Source: Flectonema sp. DT1601 | Taxonomy: Eukaryota | NCBI GenBank assembly: GCA_964019425.1 | Contig: OZ025786.1 | Coordinates: forward strand, 1 to 64,000 | Direction: 5' to 3' | DNA length: 64,000 nt | Shown: piece by piece, positions 33,951 to 45,103 of the stretch | Layout: every line of letters begins with the position of its first letter | How positions within the stretch are numbered: the first letter of the stretch is position 1 | Notes under the pieces: model-generated | The model's input: only the letters and a program-made list of their open reading frames with translations | The model's database searches: none | What the model was told of the DNA's origin: nothing | Position numbers and translations under genes: made by a program

Positions 33951-36900
33951 TCAGGGATTAATTTTGAATAGTATATCTATGTAACTCCGAGTCGGAGGAC
34001 CTCGCACCTTGTAGTCGAACCACTTCCGTTCTATCCGCTCATAGTTGGCGTAGTGGATCTTATTGAGCAGATCAGTAAATTGAGTCTTTTCTATACCATT
34101 ATAGCAGAAAAGCTCAACTGTCCACAGAAAATTGTGTATTTCCTCGATCACCGTGTGATTGTAGGCATTATCGATGGCTTGTAAGACTTCGAGCTTATCT
34201 CGAGAAGTGAGTTTCGGAAGGTTAGAGAATTTAACAAGATGCCTCAATAACCACTGTCTCGGCAGGGCCGCACGCAGCGGAAAGCTCTGCAGGTAGCTCT
34301 CCAGGTCCTTCAGCATTGCAGCTAGTTTCGGCTGATTCTCTGTGGCAAAGAACGTATGGTGGTGTTGTCCGTCATTTGTCGGGTCATCGCATTGCGGGAT
34401 GTCCGGGAAGAATTGCTGCACTATGATCCTCGCGCCATTACATCTCGAGAGAAGGTGATGTGCGTCTGTGTCGGTGTGATTACAGAATCGACAGTCAGTA
34501 AGACCCAAGGCAGGGAGCTTTACCAGTTCGTGATGACCCGTTCTCACTCGGGCTATAATAATCTCGTCACTTCTTAAAAGGTCCTGATGGAACTTCTGTA
34601 CCCTACCAGACGATGTTGCCAAGTTGTGGACGTGTCGCGTATCTCGGGAGCGAAGCCATGCTTTTCTGACTTGGTTCACAATTGAACATTGAGCCATTCG
34701 GTAGTCAAAGGGAACCTCCGTGAGCGGTATCTCAGATGACGCAGCTTTGGAAGCCAGGCTATCAGCTAACTCATTTCCAATAACACCACAATGAGAAGGT
34801 ACAAACTGCATCGTAAACGGGCGATTCAGGGTGGAAATCTGGCTGAGAATCTCGTGGTTGGTGCGCGAATGCTGGCAGAGGTACCCCTTGGCCAAGCTAC
34901 TCAGCGATGACTGGCTGTCGGATATGATGTGTATCCTGCCGTTCGGTAGTTGTGGCGAATTATCGCGGACGATATCCAGAGCCGAGATCAAAGCCCTCTG
35001 TTCTGCGTTGTAAATCATCAGAGAGGGGTTATAGCGCTGTAGCTTCGTGTAACATTTATTTCGGAAAACCAAGACCGCAGCATTCCCACAGTGGTAACAC
35101 CCATCTTTGTCCTCAAAGTAAGAAGCATCTGTATAAACACGTGCAATCGCAGGTGGCAAGGATTCGATTGATGCAAGGGCATAATTTAGGTTGTGCTCTG
35201 TGTCTGGTGACTTACGAAAGTCCCTTGAAGGCAGAACCGTGACGTTTGGAGGAGGTTCCCAAGGAGCCTGATGGTGAGGCAGGTAGAATCTGGACTTGAC
35301 ACTGGGCGTCGGGAAGCATTTCGAGAAGTGGGTTGCTGAGGATTCCCAACGTCCTTCCTCCCCCTCTCCATTGAAAAGACTCCAGGTCGGAGCATTCTCT
35401 GCGTATCGTTGGTAACGTTCGTAGATGAGAGCCATGGATTTAGCCAGGTGTTGTTTGAATGGTAGGATGTCGGATTCTACTGAAACAGCTTGGACCGAAG
35501 CTGATGAAGAGCAACCAGTTAGCTTAAGCATGAGCTTCCTGTGTATGGTTTCTACGCGTTTCCATGAGTCTCGGCGGAGATAGGGTGCATATGCTGCAAG
35601 TCCGTGGTAAGCTCTCGCTAGTACAAGGCCGTTAACAAGTTGCCTTAGCACTTCAGTTTTAATTTCGAAAGATGAGATCATCTTCAAGAGACCAATTCCC
35701 CGTTTCATAGTGCTAGTCACCTTATTCAGCTGGGGTTCGAATGTCAGTCTATCGTCAATCAGCACACCCAGGTAGCGAGCATGTTCAACACGGCGAATAG
35801 GTATTGCTGTAAAAATGTCAAGCTTCTTCTTGCCAACCCTGCTGCGAAAATCGGTTCGAGTTGATACGTCTCTCCCATTCACTGTCAAGGGAAAGACGGG
35901 ACCACTTTCCAAATTTAACTGAGCGCCAGGACCTTCGTCTAATTTGTCCAACAAGAGCGACGGTTGGGAGAAGGATTCTAGTCTTTTCGTTGATGGTAGG
36001 TACAGCCTAGGGAATCTGCAGAGACCCTTGCCGGAGTCAAATCGAGTGCCGATCGCCAGGAATTCGGTCTTGGCCTGCGACAAACTCATGTTCGAGTCAG
36101 AGAGCCAGCTTTCTACCTGTCCAATCGCTTCATTGGCCTTGGTTTCAAGGTCTCCAATCTTATTGCTGCTCACAAATACTGAGAGGTCATCAGCGTAGAG
36201 CAGTTTAATGTCTGCTTTCGTGACAGACTGCGGGAGTGTGTCGACGTACAGCCTGAAAAGGAGAGGTCCCAGAATACTACCCTGCGGTACCCCCTTATTA
36301 CAACCAATATCCTTCGAGTATGTTTTTCCATAAAGAAGCCGCGCTGAACGGTTCGAAAGGAAGTCCACTAACCATCGTACATATGGTTTGGGCAACAGCG
36401 GGATAAGTCTTTCTACTAATATACGATGGCTTACGTTGTCGAAAGCTCCGGAGATATCAAAGAAGAGTAATACGCCACATTTTTCGAAGTCTTGTCTGGT
36501 TTCCGACGCAGCGTTAGCCAAGATCGCAATATTTTCATCCGTAGTTCTGCCAGGAACAAAGCCTGACTGATTGGGGTCTAAGCTCCCCTCCAATAGGTGT
36601 TCCAATCGGCGAAGGATAAGAGCTTCAATGAATTTTGCAACAATAGAAGTCATTGAAATAGGGCGGTACGAAGAAGGTTCTGAGGGGTCTTTTCCATTGC
36701 CTTTGAGAAAAGGAATGACGTTTGCCTTTTTGAAACACTCGGGGAGGATACCTCGTCTTAGAGACCAGTTGGCTATACGAAGGAGTACCAAAATCATTTG
36801 CGGTCCCAGATGTAGAAGCATGTTATTCGAGATGGAGTCCGGTCCTGCACTGTTTGTTCTCTTGAGGGAACTGAACACAGCCCGGGCTTCTTCCTGCGAG

Positions 36901-38105
36901 AAAGGACTACACTCCGGAGTTTCATAGTCACCAGGTTTTACCTTTGGAGCTTCTGGCCTAGTACTGTCAGAGCCGCTTGGGAAGAAACGGCTTATAAGCG
37001 ACGTCATTGGAGCTCGTGGTGTTGGAAGTGCCGTCTTATCACCCCTGAGTTCCCGTATTTTTCTGTAGGTCCACGAGAAGCCCTTATCACAACCTTGGGA
37101 GGCTACTTGGCTGGGGGATAGAGGAGCTAGGATACGTTCCCTTCCCTTGTGTCGAGGCTTGCACCACTTGTTGGGTAGCTTGGCGATTGCTACTTTTTCT
37201 ACCGTATGGACAAAGTTGTTTGAGAGTTTCTTCAAGGATTTTATCTTTAATAGTCGTGTTGTGTGTGATTCCAATGTATCAGAAAAGGCTGTCCAGTGTG
37301 CATCTTGGAACTGATTGAGGAGCCATTTGCGGTGTGGTGGTGAGTTGCTAAAGTTTGAGAAAGTCGTGATATCGAAGTCCGCTAAGATAGGTGTATGATC
37401 CGACATTAGTGCGTCAGGGTCATATTGGCAAACGCTCAGACATTTATGCTGAGGAGAGTGTAAGACCAGATCGGGGGTTGTACCGTGTTTCGGAATCGTC
37501 GGTTTGAGCTGAACTAACTCCAATCCATTGTCATTTATCCAGTCAAAGACCGTTGAGCCTGCTGATTTTGTAGGGACTTTCTGTGACCAGGATTCATGAT
37601 GGGCGTTAAAGTCACCAAAAGCCATGTCACCTAGATCGTATGATGATGGAAGGCGTGAAACACCGGGTGGAATATATATATTCTTAAAAGTTATGGAACC
37701 TATTGTTGAAGCGAGGCTGAATTCCAGCGCCTCAATGTCGGAGGATCCAGATGATACGTCGTTGTTGTGAGAGATCTTTAAACCATTTCTGAAATACGTC
37801 AGTAGGCCACCACCCCGGCTCTTGGAGACTGTCTTCCTGTCTCTCCTAATGTACGAGTACCCATCCATATGTAAAAGATCACTGTTGTTCTTATTCAGCC
37901 AGGTCTCCTGCAGGTTTATTATATCAGGGTTTGTTGCGTTAACGATGGACTCTAAGGCTGCTCTAGTGTTAGTAAGCGACCTTAGATTCCAGGATAAAAT
38001 TCTCAGAGGACCCGGGTTTTGTTCTATCCCCGATCGGATTAGGAGCTGCCTCGCGGTGACCGTCAGATGGAAATCCCTGCTGGGATGTGGTTGGGGATGT
38101 CGTTG
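33951..38105 (-). CDS. LINE-B ORF2: 2A-like, APE, RT, RNase H, CCHC. The open frame starts at 38105, upstream of the first ATG (37868).
   Basis: Hand translation QRHPQPHPSRDFHLTVTARQLLIRSGIEQNPGPLRILSWNLRS...LQETW precedes the listed Met. Also GDFNAHH, SDH, YRPISM, GVPQGS, YADD, YLGV, TDAS/NAE/SDS/PSHCG, CRFC-H-C. Confidence 0.93.
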   Translation of the reverse strand, partial: QRHPQPHPSRDFHLTVTARQLLIRSGIEQNPGPLRILSWNLRSLTNTRAALESIVNATNPDIINLQETWLNKNNSDLLHMDGYSYIRRDRKTVSKSRGGGLLTYFRNGLKISHNNDVSSGSSDIEALEFSLASTIGSITFKNIYIPPGVSRLPSSYDLGDMAFGDFNAHHESWSQKVPTKSAGSTVFDWINDNGLELVQLKPTIPKHGTTPDLVLHSPQHKCLSVCQYDPDALMSDHTPILADFDITTFSNFSNSPPHRKWLLNQFQDAHWTAFSDTLESHTTRLLKIKSLKKLSNNFVHTVEKVAIAKLPNKWCKPRHKGRERILAPLSPSQVASQGCDKGFSWTYRKIRELRGDKTALPTPRAPMTSLISRFFPSGSDSTRPEAPKVKPGDYETPECSPFSQEEARAVFSSLKRTNSAGPDSISNNMLLHLGPQMILVLLRIANWSLRRGILPECFKKANVIPFLKGNGKDPSEPSSYRPISMTSIVAKFIEALILRRLEHLLEGSLDPNQSGFVPGRTTDENIAILANAASETRQDFEKCGVLLFFDISGAFDNVSHRILVERLIPLLPKPYVRWLVDFLSNRSARLLYGKTYSKDIGCNKGVPQGSILGPLLFRLYVDTLPQSVTKADIKLLYADDLSVFVSSNKIGDLETKANEAIGQVESWLSDSNMSLSQAKTEFLAIGTRFDSGKGLCRFPRLYLPSTKRLESFSQPSLLLDKLDEGPGAQLNLESGPVFPLTVNGRDVSTRTDFRSRVGKKKLDIFTAIPIRRVEHARYLGVLIDDRLTFEPQLNKVTSTMKRGIGLLKMISSFEIKTEVLRQLVNGLVLARAYHGLAAYAPYLRRDSWKRVETIHRKLMLKLTGCSSSASVQAVSVESDILPFKQHLAKSMALIYERYQRYAENAPTWSLFNGEGEEGRWESSATHFSKCFPTPSVKSRFYLPHHQAPWEPPPNVTVLPSRDFRKSPDTEHNLNYALASIESLPPAIARVYTDASYFEDKDGCYHCGNAAVLVFRNKCYTKLQRYNPSLMIYNAEQRALISALDIVRDNSPQLPNGRIHIISDSQSSLSSLAKGYLCQHSRTNHEILSQISTLNRPFTMQFVPSHCGVIGNELADSLASKAASSEIPLTEVPFDYRMAQCSIVNQVRKAWLRSRDTRHVHNLATSSGRVQKFHQDLLRSDEIIIARVRTGHHELVKLPALGLTDCRFCNHTDTDAHHLLSRCNGARIIVQQFFPDIPQCDDPTNDGQHHHTFFATENQPKLAAMLKDLESYLQSFPLRAALPRQWLLRHLVKFSNLPKLTSRDKLEVLQAIDNAYNHTVIEEIHNFLWTVELFCYNGIEKTQFTDLLNKIHYANYERIERKWFDYKVRGPPTRSYIDILFKINP

Positions 38106-40148
38106 CTATTGCTTTGACATAGAACTCCGGTGAGGCGTCCTACCCCGTGATCTGCTGGGGGTATTCGTTCTGTCCCCGTAGGGAGAGAAGGAGTCTTGTA
38201 GCTGCTTTGCCACCTCTGATTCCTGTCCCAGGACTGATTTAGACCTGATTCTGTTCAGCATCGTCTTGTTGGATGCTTTCTTCGGAGGTGCCTTCGTGAC
38301 TGGTGCTGTTGTGACTTCAGCAGTTGGAGGCTGTGCCGGCTTACCGTGCACCGGAGGTTTCATGTTCTGAGGTGGCACTTCAGTTGTTTCCGCAAGAGGA
38401 GACCCTTCCGGCGATGAGGACTGTTGAAGAACAGTGTGTTCGATCGAGAGTTTCTGCTCGTGCATTTGGTTAAGCCGAGCTAACAACTCCGATATTCTTC
38501 GTGACAGGTTAGCCACTTCGTCGGTGAGTCGGGAGTTCTGTTCCTGCATTTTAACTTGCTGTTTCAGAAGATCTTGGATGCGAGCGTCTCTGTCTTCTAA
38601 TGACGCCTGTGTCCGTGCTGACTGGTCCTTCTGTTGTTGATCTTGACGAGCCATGAGATCCGAGGCCTGTTCTGTTAAGCCCGTCACTTTGTCGGTTAGG
38701 TGGCCGTTCTGGACCTGCATCTGTCGCTGTTGTTTGAGAAGTTCTCCGATTCGAGTGTCCTTAGCGGAGTCGGATGGGGACGTAGTGTCAGTTGGGGTGC
38801 TGTTGTCCGGTGAAGGAGCAGAGTCATCTGGTGAGCTATCATCTATTGTTGAAGTAGGGAGCGATGGATATTCCGCTTCGTTACGTGGTGGCGGTTCTCG
38901 TTTGGACTCTCGGTTTATAGTCAGGAGGCCATGTCCCTTGCAGTGAACGGTGGAGAAGGTCGGTTCTTCTAGTGATTTCACTACAAAGAAACCTCTGCTA
39001 CCCTTCTTCCTGTGGTGAGTCGCTGTGTCTACAATCCAACCCTGTCCACCTAGAATCTTGATGAGGTCTGTAGTGCTGATCCTATGGAGAGAGGGACCTG
39101 TTATGAAGTAGCGGGTACCCGGTGTTGGAGGAGGCATGGCTAGTTGTCCCAGAGTCTTACGTGTATCTAGTTCCCTTCCCGGGTAAGTAACTAAACCAAG
39201 CTTCTTCGTTCCACGAAGAAGGATGACTGCCGCGTCGCAATAATCTGCAGCCTTGCGGGCAGTATTTAAGTCTGCTGTGTCCAGTCTGATCACGACTGTT
39301 TTCGGTAGGTCTTCTTGTATGTGTCTCGAAGCAGAGATAAAGAAGCCCTTGTGTTCCGCTGGAACGTGCGCTTGCAGGCGGTGAACTGCATCAGTAGGTA
39401 TACGAAGGTTCACCGATGACACCTTCGGGGTGCGGACTTTAGATGCCCATATCTGGTGACGGTCTATGGGAGAGAAAGAGTGGTTCTTCGCAAAGTCGTT
39501 GTAGATCTTCAAGGCCGCTGCAGATAGATCCGAGGTTGAGAGTGCTTCGGTCTCACCGTGTCCAGAGTGGTAGTTCAGTTGAACCACTCCGTTCGATACA
39601 GGATCCCCGCCCGAACGGACTAAAAGTTTGGCTATGGAGCCTGAGATTGTCGTTGCGTAGGCCTTGCGGACTACCGTCTTACCATCTAAGAGCAAAGGTA
39701 CTTGAATAAGGGTACCTTTACCCGGGTCTTCAGTTGTAATTGCCGTTAAACGGCCTGTGTTGCTTCGTCGTTGGAGTTGTGGTATCTGGTCTGTCGGTAA
39801 CAGAAATACAGCCGAAGCCACTGCAGGGTTGTTGATGACTTCACAGCCATCTTTGACCTTAAGGTCCCAATCCTCGTCGCGGAGTTGAGCCTTCCCCCAC
39901 GGTTTTGCTGGTTTTAGTTGTCTGGACACTACTGTTGCCCATGACGAGTTCTTCTTCGTATCTTCAGAACCCGTCTGCCTCGGTGTTTTCGACTTTGGTC
40001 TCGGTGATGGAGCCGTTCTCGGTGGAGCTGCCTTCGGTCTCGACACTGATGGCGGCGGAGGTTGCTTGTTCCTGCCATCTTGCGTGTTAGCTACCATGCT
40101 TAGCAGGGCGCTTAACAAGGTCTTCAACTGGACCCTCTTCTTTTTCAT
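38106..40148 (-). CDS. LINE-B ORF1 (680 aa, coiled-coil, Pro/Ser-rich ends)
   Basis: Position upstream of ORF2 and homology to the ORF1 pieces of LINE-A, LINE-C and 42690-43280. Confidence 0.88.
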   Translation of the reverse strand: MKKKRVQLKTLLSALLSMVANTQDGRNKQPPPPSVSRPKAAPPRTAPSPRPKSKTPRQTGSEDTKKNSSWATVVSRQLKPAKPWGKAQLRDEDWDLKVKDGCEVINNPAVASAVFLLPTDQIPQLQRRSNTGRLTAITTEDPGKGTLIQVPLLLDGKTVVRKAYATTISGSIAKLLVRSGGDPVSNGVVQLNYHSGHGETEALSTSDLSAAALKIYNDFAKNHSFSPIDRHQIWASKVRTPKVSSVNLRIPTDAVHRLQAHVPAEHKGFFISASRHIQEDLPKTVVIRLDTADLNTARKAADYCDAAVILLRGTKKLGLVTYPGRELDTRKTLGQLAMPPPTPGTRYFITGPSLHRISTTDLIKILGGQGWIVDTATHHRKKGSRGFFVVKSLEEPTFSTVHCKGHGLLTINRESKREPPPRNEAEYPSLPTSTIDDSSPDDSAPSPDNSTPTDTTSPSDSAKDTRIGELLKQQRQMQVQNGHLTDKVTGLTEQASDLMARQDQQQKDQSARTQASLEDRDARIQDLLKQQVKMQEQNSRLTDEVANLSRRISELLARLNQMHEQKLSIEHTVLQQSSSPEGSPLAETTEVPPQNMKPPVHGKPAQPPTAEVTTAPVTKAPPKKASNKTMLNRIRSKSVLGQESEVAKQLQDSFSPYGDRTNTPSRSRGRTPHRSSMSKQ

Positions 40149-40219
40149 TGTTTTTTTGGAGATGTTACTGAGGGGAGACGCACCTTACTGCTCTTTCACC
40201 GTATTGTTTGGATCGAGAT

Positions 40220-40257
40220 CAATAAAGTACAGAAACTGTAGCTTTAGAATCGTTGGT
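40220..40257 (-). other. Retrocopied spliced-leader exon ACCAACGATTCTAAAGCTACAGTTTCTGTACTTTATTG (38 nt)
   Basis: Euglenozoan SL 3' end CAGTTTCTGTACTTTATTG with a diplonemid-type 5' half. Followed by ATC, not a GT donor. Confidence 0.95.
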
Positions 40258-40608
40258 ACACTGGGTTAACGGACGATGAACAATCGGAAATGAAAAATAA
40301 TCAAGTCAAGTTTGAGGGGATTCATCTTGAGTGTAGGTGCGTCTGTGTGAAAGAAGAATAAATCTGAGGATTCCACATAGTAGCAAAACATAACAGGTAG
40401 CACTAGGGAGTTGAGGAATGGGGGAATAAACAAACACCCTACGGTAGAAAGTCTAAAAGAGATGGTAGAAAGTCTAAAAGAGGAAGCGGGGGATGTACAG
40501 TGGTATAAAATTAGACAGGTGACGGTGATAAATATATACATCAATATAGATGTGTATGTAGGCAAGATTCGTATTTTCTACAACCTATTTGCTTTCATCG
40601 AAAAACTA

Positions 40609-42046
40609 TTAGAAGTACAGATTAAATGCGTTGTTTTCGGTGATAATCTCGTTACGTCGTGCATTCAGATATAGCTTCAGATTCTCAGGATCCGGGTGTT
40701 TAATTTTAACAGTGTAGTGATTCTCTGATATACGAGTTGGATTGCGAAGACGACGTGAGTGTACATCTGATCCAGGATAGGCATACAAAACATGCAGAGT
40801 TATACGTTCATTGGTGTTATTATCATCGTCAATCATGAAAAATGTGACACCAGTTACATTACCACCCCCACGACCATCATACATCTGATGGTGATTTGCA
40901 TCTAAGATCAAGCGATTGTTTGTCTCTTGATGGGTACAACTCCCCTCCCGTTCGTTCTTTAATATGAGCCCACTCCGCTTTACACTGACCTATTTTGAAC
41001 ATGTCCGGATTTATAGGTGACTCGTTCTCAATGTCCTCTGTTGTAAGTTTTGATGTACTCTCCGCAGTTGTTTCTGATTGAGCAGCATCTATTGCGTCCC
41101 AGTTTCTACGTTTGGGGAAACCACTACTATCGTAGCGGTCTTTGAATATTTGGCGCCCAAGGGATTCGTTGGACTCTAACACTTCGAATCTCAACGGCAG
41201 CTCTTCATTGTATCTTCTAACCAGATCCCTTATAGCAACCAACATCTTTGATGCTTTGTTACCGTTCCGGAAGTGCAACTTGACTCGTAAACCTGTGTCC
41301 GATTTGATTGCCTCACCTTCCGCAACATTGTAACTGATATCGCATGGTTCGTAGGCCAGATTGTTCTCTGCTAACATATACAGTGTTTTTCGCAATTCCC
41401 GCATGCGAGCTCCATTTGGTATCAAGCAGTCCACCTTGTAAATGCGTTCAGTCTGTTGTAACTTAATCGGTGATGTTTCGTCACTACCACCATCCCTGCT
41501 GCGCTTGTCCCGGTTTGGTGATCCAATGCTGAGTGCAGATATCTGTTTTGACAGGTAATCCCCACTAGTCAAATGTGCAAGTGCTTCCTTTGCTTCGGCG
41601 ATGTTTTGTGTAACCATATCCTTAAGGATCTCAGCTTTCATGGATTCATCTGAGTTTGGTTTGGTTTTCATTGTGAATATCAAATTCATTAGTTCCCCCT
41701 GCCATTTCTCTATCTTTGCATCCAATCTCAGCTTTTCCTCATTTGCTTTGGCCTCGGCAATGTTTGCTTCTAACAGCATAACTTCTTGTTCAAGAGCTGC
41801 AATCGTATTGTATACATCGAGAGCTCGCTTCTCATCTCTATTGAGGTTTCCTTCATCAAATGCTTCCTTCACTAACAAATTTTCCTCAACCTTAGGATTT
41901 AAGGCGAGGGTGATTAACTTCTTCTTATCCAACTCAGCTTTTTTCTTTCCAAGATTCGCCTGCCATTTCGCGATCTTCTCCTCCAATCTCAGCTTTTCCC
42001 CACTTGCTTCCCTTGCCAACTGTAACACGATACTTTGTTCTTCCAT
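40609..42046 (-). pseudogene. Coiled-coil protein with a C-terminal HNH-like nuclease (frameshift near 40920-40950), Crinkler-like
   Basis: Long coiled coil, then EWAHIK...NNRLILDANHHQMYDG across two frames. Confidence 0.55.
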
Positions 42047-42689
42047 ATTTTTTGTGGATCTCTGGGGGAGGATTATATGTAAGTAATTTACATTAACGGA
42101 AGAAATCATCTCTTGCGGTACGCCCTTGCGATACGAACCGACGATACAAATCGGCGCTATGTACTGAGACACCTATCAATCTGTTAAGTTGGGAAAAAAC
42201 AATATTTAAAACACATCACAAATACAGGACAATTCACAATACTCCCATTTCACAAGCACTTCACAGCACTCTACCATTCCTCCTACCACTCACAAACATA
42301 CCATCACCAAAGATAAGACTTCGCCGTCTCCGCAGCGACCTTGGCCGCAAACACTGGTGCACGCAACGCATTTGTTGTTTTGTCGACTGGATTTAAAAAA
42401 AAAGCTCCAGAAAAAAGCTCCAAAAAAAAAAGAAAAAACTCCAGAATAATAATAAATAAATAAAAATCTAGAATTTCTATCTAGATTTTTAACCGACCCA
42501 GAGCAAAATAATATTTATATGCACTTCCATCTATGATTAAGGTTGAAAATAAAAAAAACAATAAATGAAATAAAAATAACCTTAATAAAAGAATTAAGAA
42601 TAAAATGAGCAGATCAACTTTAAAGAAGACTGAATGTGAATGTGGCGTTGTTTACAACAAGTACACAAAGGACAACAAACAAACATAAG

Positions 42690-43280
42690 CTGGTTGTGCT
42701 TCAGTTGAGCCGCCATATCAGCGTAAGAGTTGGCCCGAGGGCGCTGGTCGGTGGAATCTCTACCGCTGCGGCGTTCGCGATCTTTGTTGGATTTACCCAG
42801 TTTATCTCTAAGTTTCTGATTTGCTTCTTTCTCCGCGGCCAGTTCCCTTCGTAATCCATCTATGGTAAGGTTGAGCGTCTGCAGTTGCTGCATGATCTCA
42901 GCATTGGAAGGCTCAGAGGGCTGACTAGGGAGTTGTAAAGGGGTTCCAATCGGCGTGTCAATAGGTGTTTTGTAACACTGGCTGTTATTATCCATTGCCA
43001 CATCCCCATCCGACTTTCCCAAGGCCGGGAAATCTTTCTGCGTTGGAAGTGTTGAAGACACAGCATTCACTGTGATGAAGAAGTCATCAGCCCACAGGAC
43101 CGAGCTGGGAGGCGACGTCCGTGCCACTACTATACGATGACTAGACCTCATGTTCGTCTTCGAATTTTTCCTGCTGAAGTGGGTGCAGGTCGAAATTTCC
43201 CAACCATGGCTTTGGAGCCAACTATGGCTTTTACAGATTTGCCATAGTTGGCTCCGAGAAAGGCGGCCCACATGATCACC
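42690..43280 (-). pseudogene. ORF1 fragment of a fourth LINE
   Basis: GWEISTCTHFSRK...IVVARTSPP...ITVN...KDFPAL plus a coiled coil, matching LINE-B GWIVDTATHHRKK...VVKSLEEP...LTIN...EYPSL. Confidence 0.7.
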
Positions 43281-43398
43281 ACGAAGTAAGAGAAGTGGAA
43301 TAAAATACACACAAAGTAATTTCAGTAGTTTATGTTTTCTTTATTATCACTCACACTGCTTTAGGACATGGTAGCAAATTACCTAAATGGAATTTCAA
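43280..43398. repeat. ~115-bp repeat shared with 29500-29612 (putative YR-element terminus)
   Basis: Near-identical GTAAGAGAAGTGGAATAAAATACACAC...AAATTACCTAAATGGAATTTCAA. Confidence 0.85.
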
Positions 43399-45103
43399 GG
43401 CCTGTGTAAGTGCATCATTAGCAATGACTTGCATCTTCTTTTGAAGTACAGTCGGCGGTGCCAATTGTGATAACACTGGTGATAGTAGTACTGGTAATGG
43501 CGGACGCGGTATCTTCACCATCAGCAATATGTACAGGGTCGGTATATTATCCTGGCATATCTTTGGTGGTGATACGGCCCTTATCTCTATCTTATTGACT
43601 TTTCCCGGTGTTAGTTTTTGTTGTGGAATTCTCCTTTGCTGGTGACTCTGTTATTGCCAGTGCAGACAAGTCTATTGGAGGAATATCTTTCGTTGTTTTC
43701 ATTACAACGTGGTATTCATATTCCTTCAACAGATACTTCGTCATGATATCTTCTATCCCATTACAATCTGGATTTGGATTGATTATATCAAATCCCTTGT
43801 ATTTAGAATTTAAAGACGATGTAATGTGTGTAGGATGCTCTACGTGACACTATGATGTATGGAATGACAATAATTTCTTGTTCTGTTGGACCTTCTGTGA
43901 TTGTTTTCAGCTGTTCATGGGTTGTCACATGTGTTACTTCTAGTCCCAGATATATTCTTATTGTTTCATAAATAACTATCTGATGAAACCAACCATCTGG
44001 GTTAAATAAGAACATCAAGTTCTCTCCAATTAACTTAAGCTCTTGCTCTGCGAGTCGGAATTGAATCTTAAACATCTTCGATATTCTGATACTTTCAGTT
44101 TTGAGGTGATCTGCTATGAAGTTAACAGTTGCCCAGCCACATTCCCCACTATGAAGTCCTTCTGCTGGTTGTGTGTGCATCGTAATAGGGAATTTATTAA
44201 GACTGTGGGGGGGAACAAGAAATGTGTGAGGGATCGAAAACATAAAGCTGATATCAAACTCATGAAGGGGAATATCAGGCATGCACTCGATCCTACAAAC
44301 CTGAATCCATTAGACTCGCCGGGCTACACACATGCTCTCTGTTCCAATATTTGGATTGAAAATCTAAGCTGAGAACATACATGGAAAGTAAGCAAATTTA
44401 TTTTCAACTAAATATATACAATGACTGGTAACAACAACAGAGTCCAAGCCTCAGGGAATGCAAGTGTCACAATGACGAATGGTATATCAACCGATGCTGA
44501 CATAGCTTGCCGATTCATATGCATTATTAGAAATCTCTTTGCAGCATGCAGTAGCTTGTAGCCTAATTGGTCTATATCCAGTATTCCCTTTTTCATCTTG
44601 TTATTCATCCTCCTTCTACTGCCTCGCAGATCCTTTAAAACTGGAACAACTAAAGCTAAAATTGTTTGCACCTGGTCCAAATGAATGTTAATTTAATAAA
44701 AAGCAAATTTTGATGTACCACAGCACAACTTGCGAGGGATAAAAAATGTTCTTCGGGTAGTGGGTAGAGTAAATAATTTTTTACTTTTTTTTTAGCTGGT
44801 AGTTCTGTTTTGAAAACAATCATCCAAACACACAAAGGGGATTGACTTAATAATCAATAACAGGGATGGCTGAACAAACATCAAACTTAAAACTTCACCC
44901 CAAGTAAACTGGCTGTACTCAGTGTACCTTCATAAAAATCTATTGGGACTTCCTTTCTCAGATGGGCTGGTGGGTTTAATCTCGTGTAAATTGGAGAATA
45001 GTTTTCTTCAAAAAAGGAACGTAGAGAAGGTATTCTATTAGTGTTGGGTCGTTGACATATAACGATGACTAAAACACATTGCGTTTCCACATACTCAAAT
45101 GGT

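Larger units (their letters stand above)
33541..40257 (-). mobile_element. LINE-B: apparently intact Ingi/I-group non-LTR retrotransposon with a near-complete SL at the 5' end
   Basis: Uninterrupted ORF1 and ORF2. The 3' boundary is uncertain; placed at the (TTAG)4 microsatellite, with no TSD identified. Confidence 0.9.

Noticed and set aside
20350..38108. Genome-wide stop-codon reassignment explaining the in-frame stops
   Set aside because: The two stops differ (TGA, TAG), TGA ends other ORFs here, and long ORFs lack scattered internal stops.
40220..40257. SL RNA gene
   Set aside because: No GT donor or SL intron follows and there is no array; it leads straight into the LINE 5' UTR.
43400..44700. 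Fragmentary minus-strand ORFs
   Set aside because: Coding-like, but no family assignable by eye.
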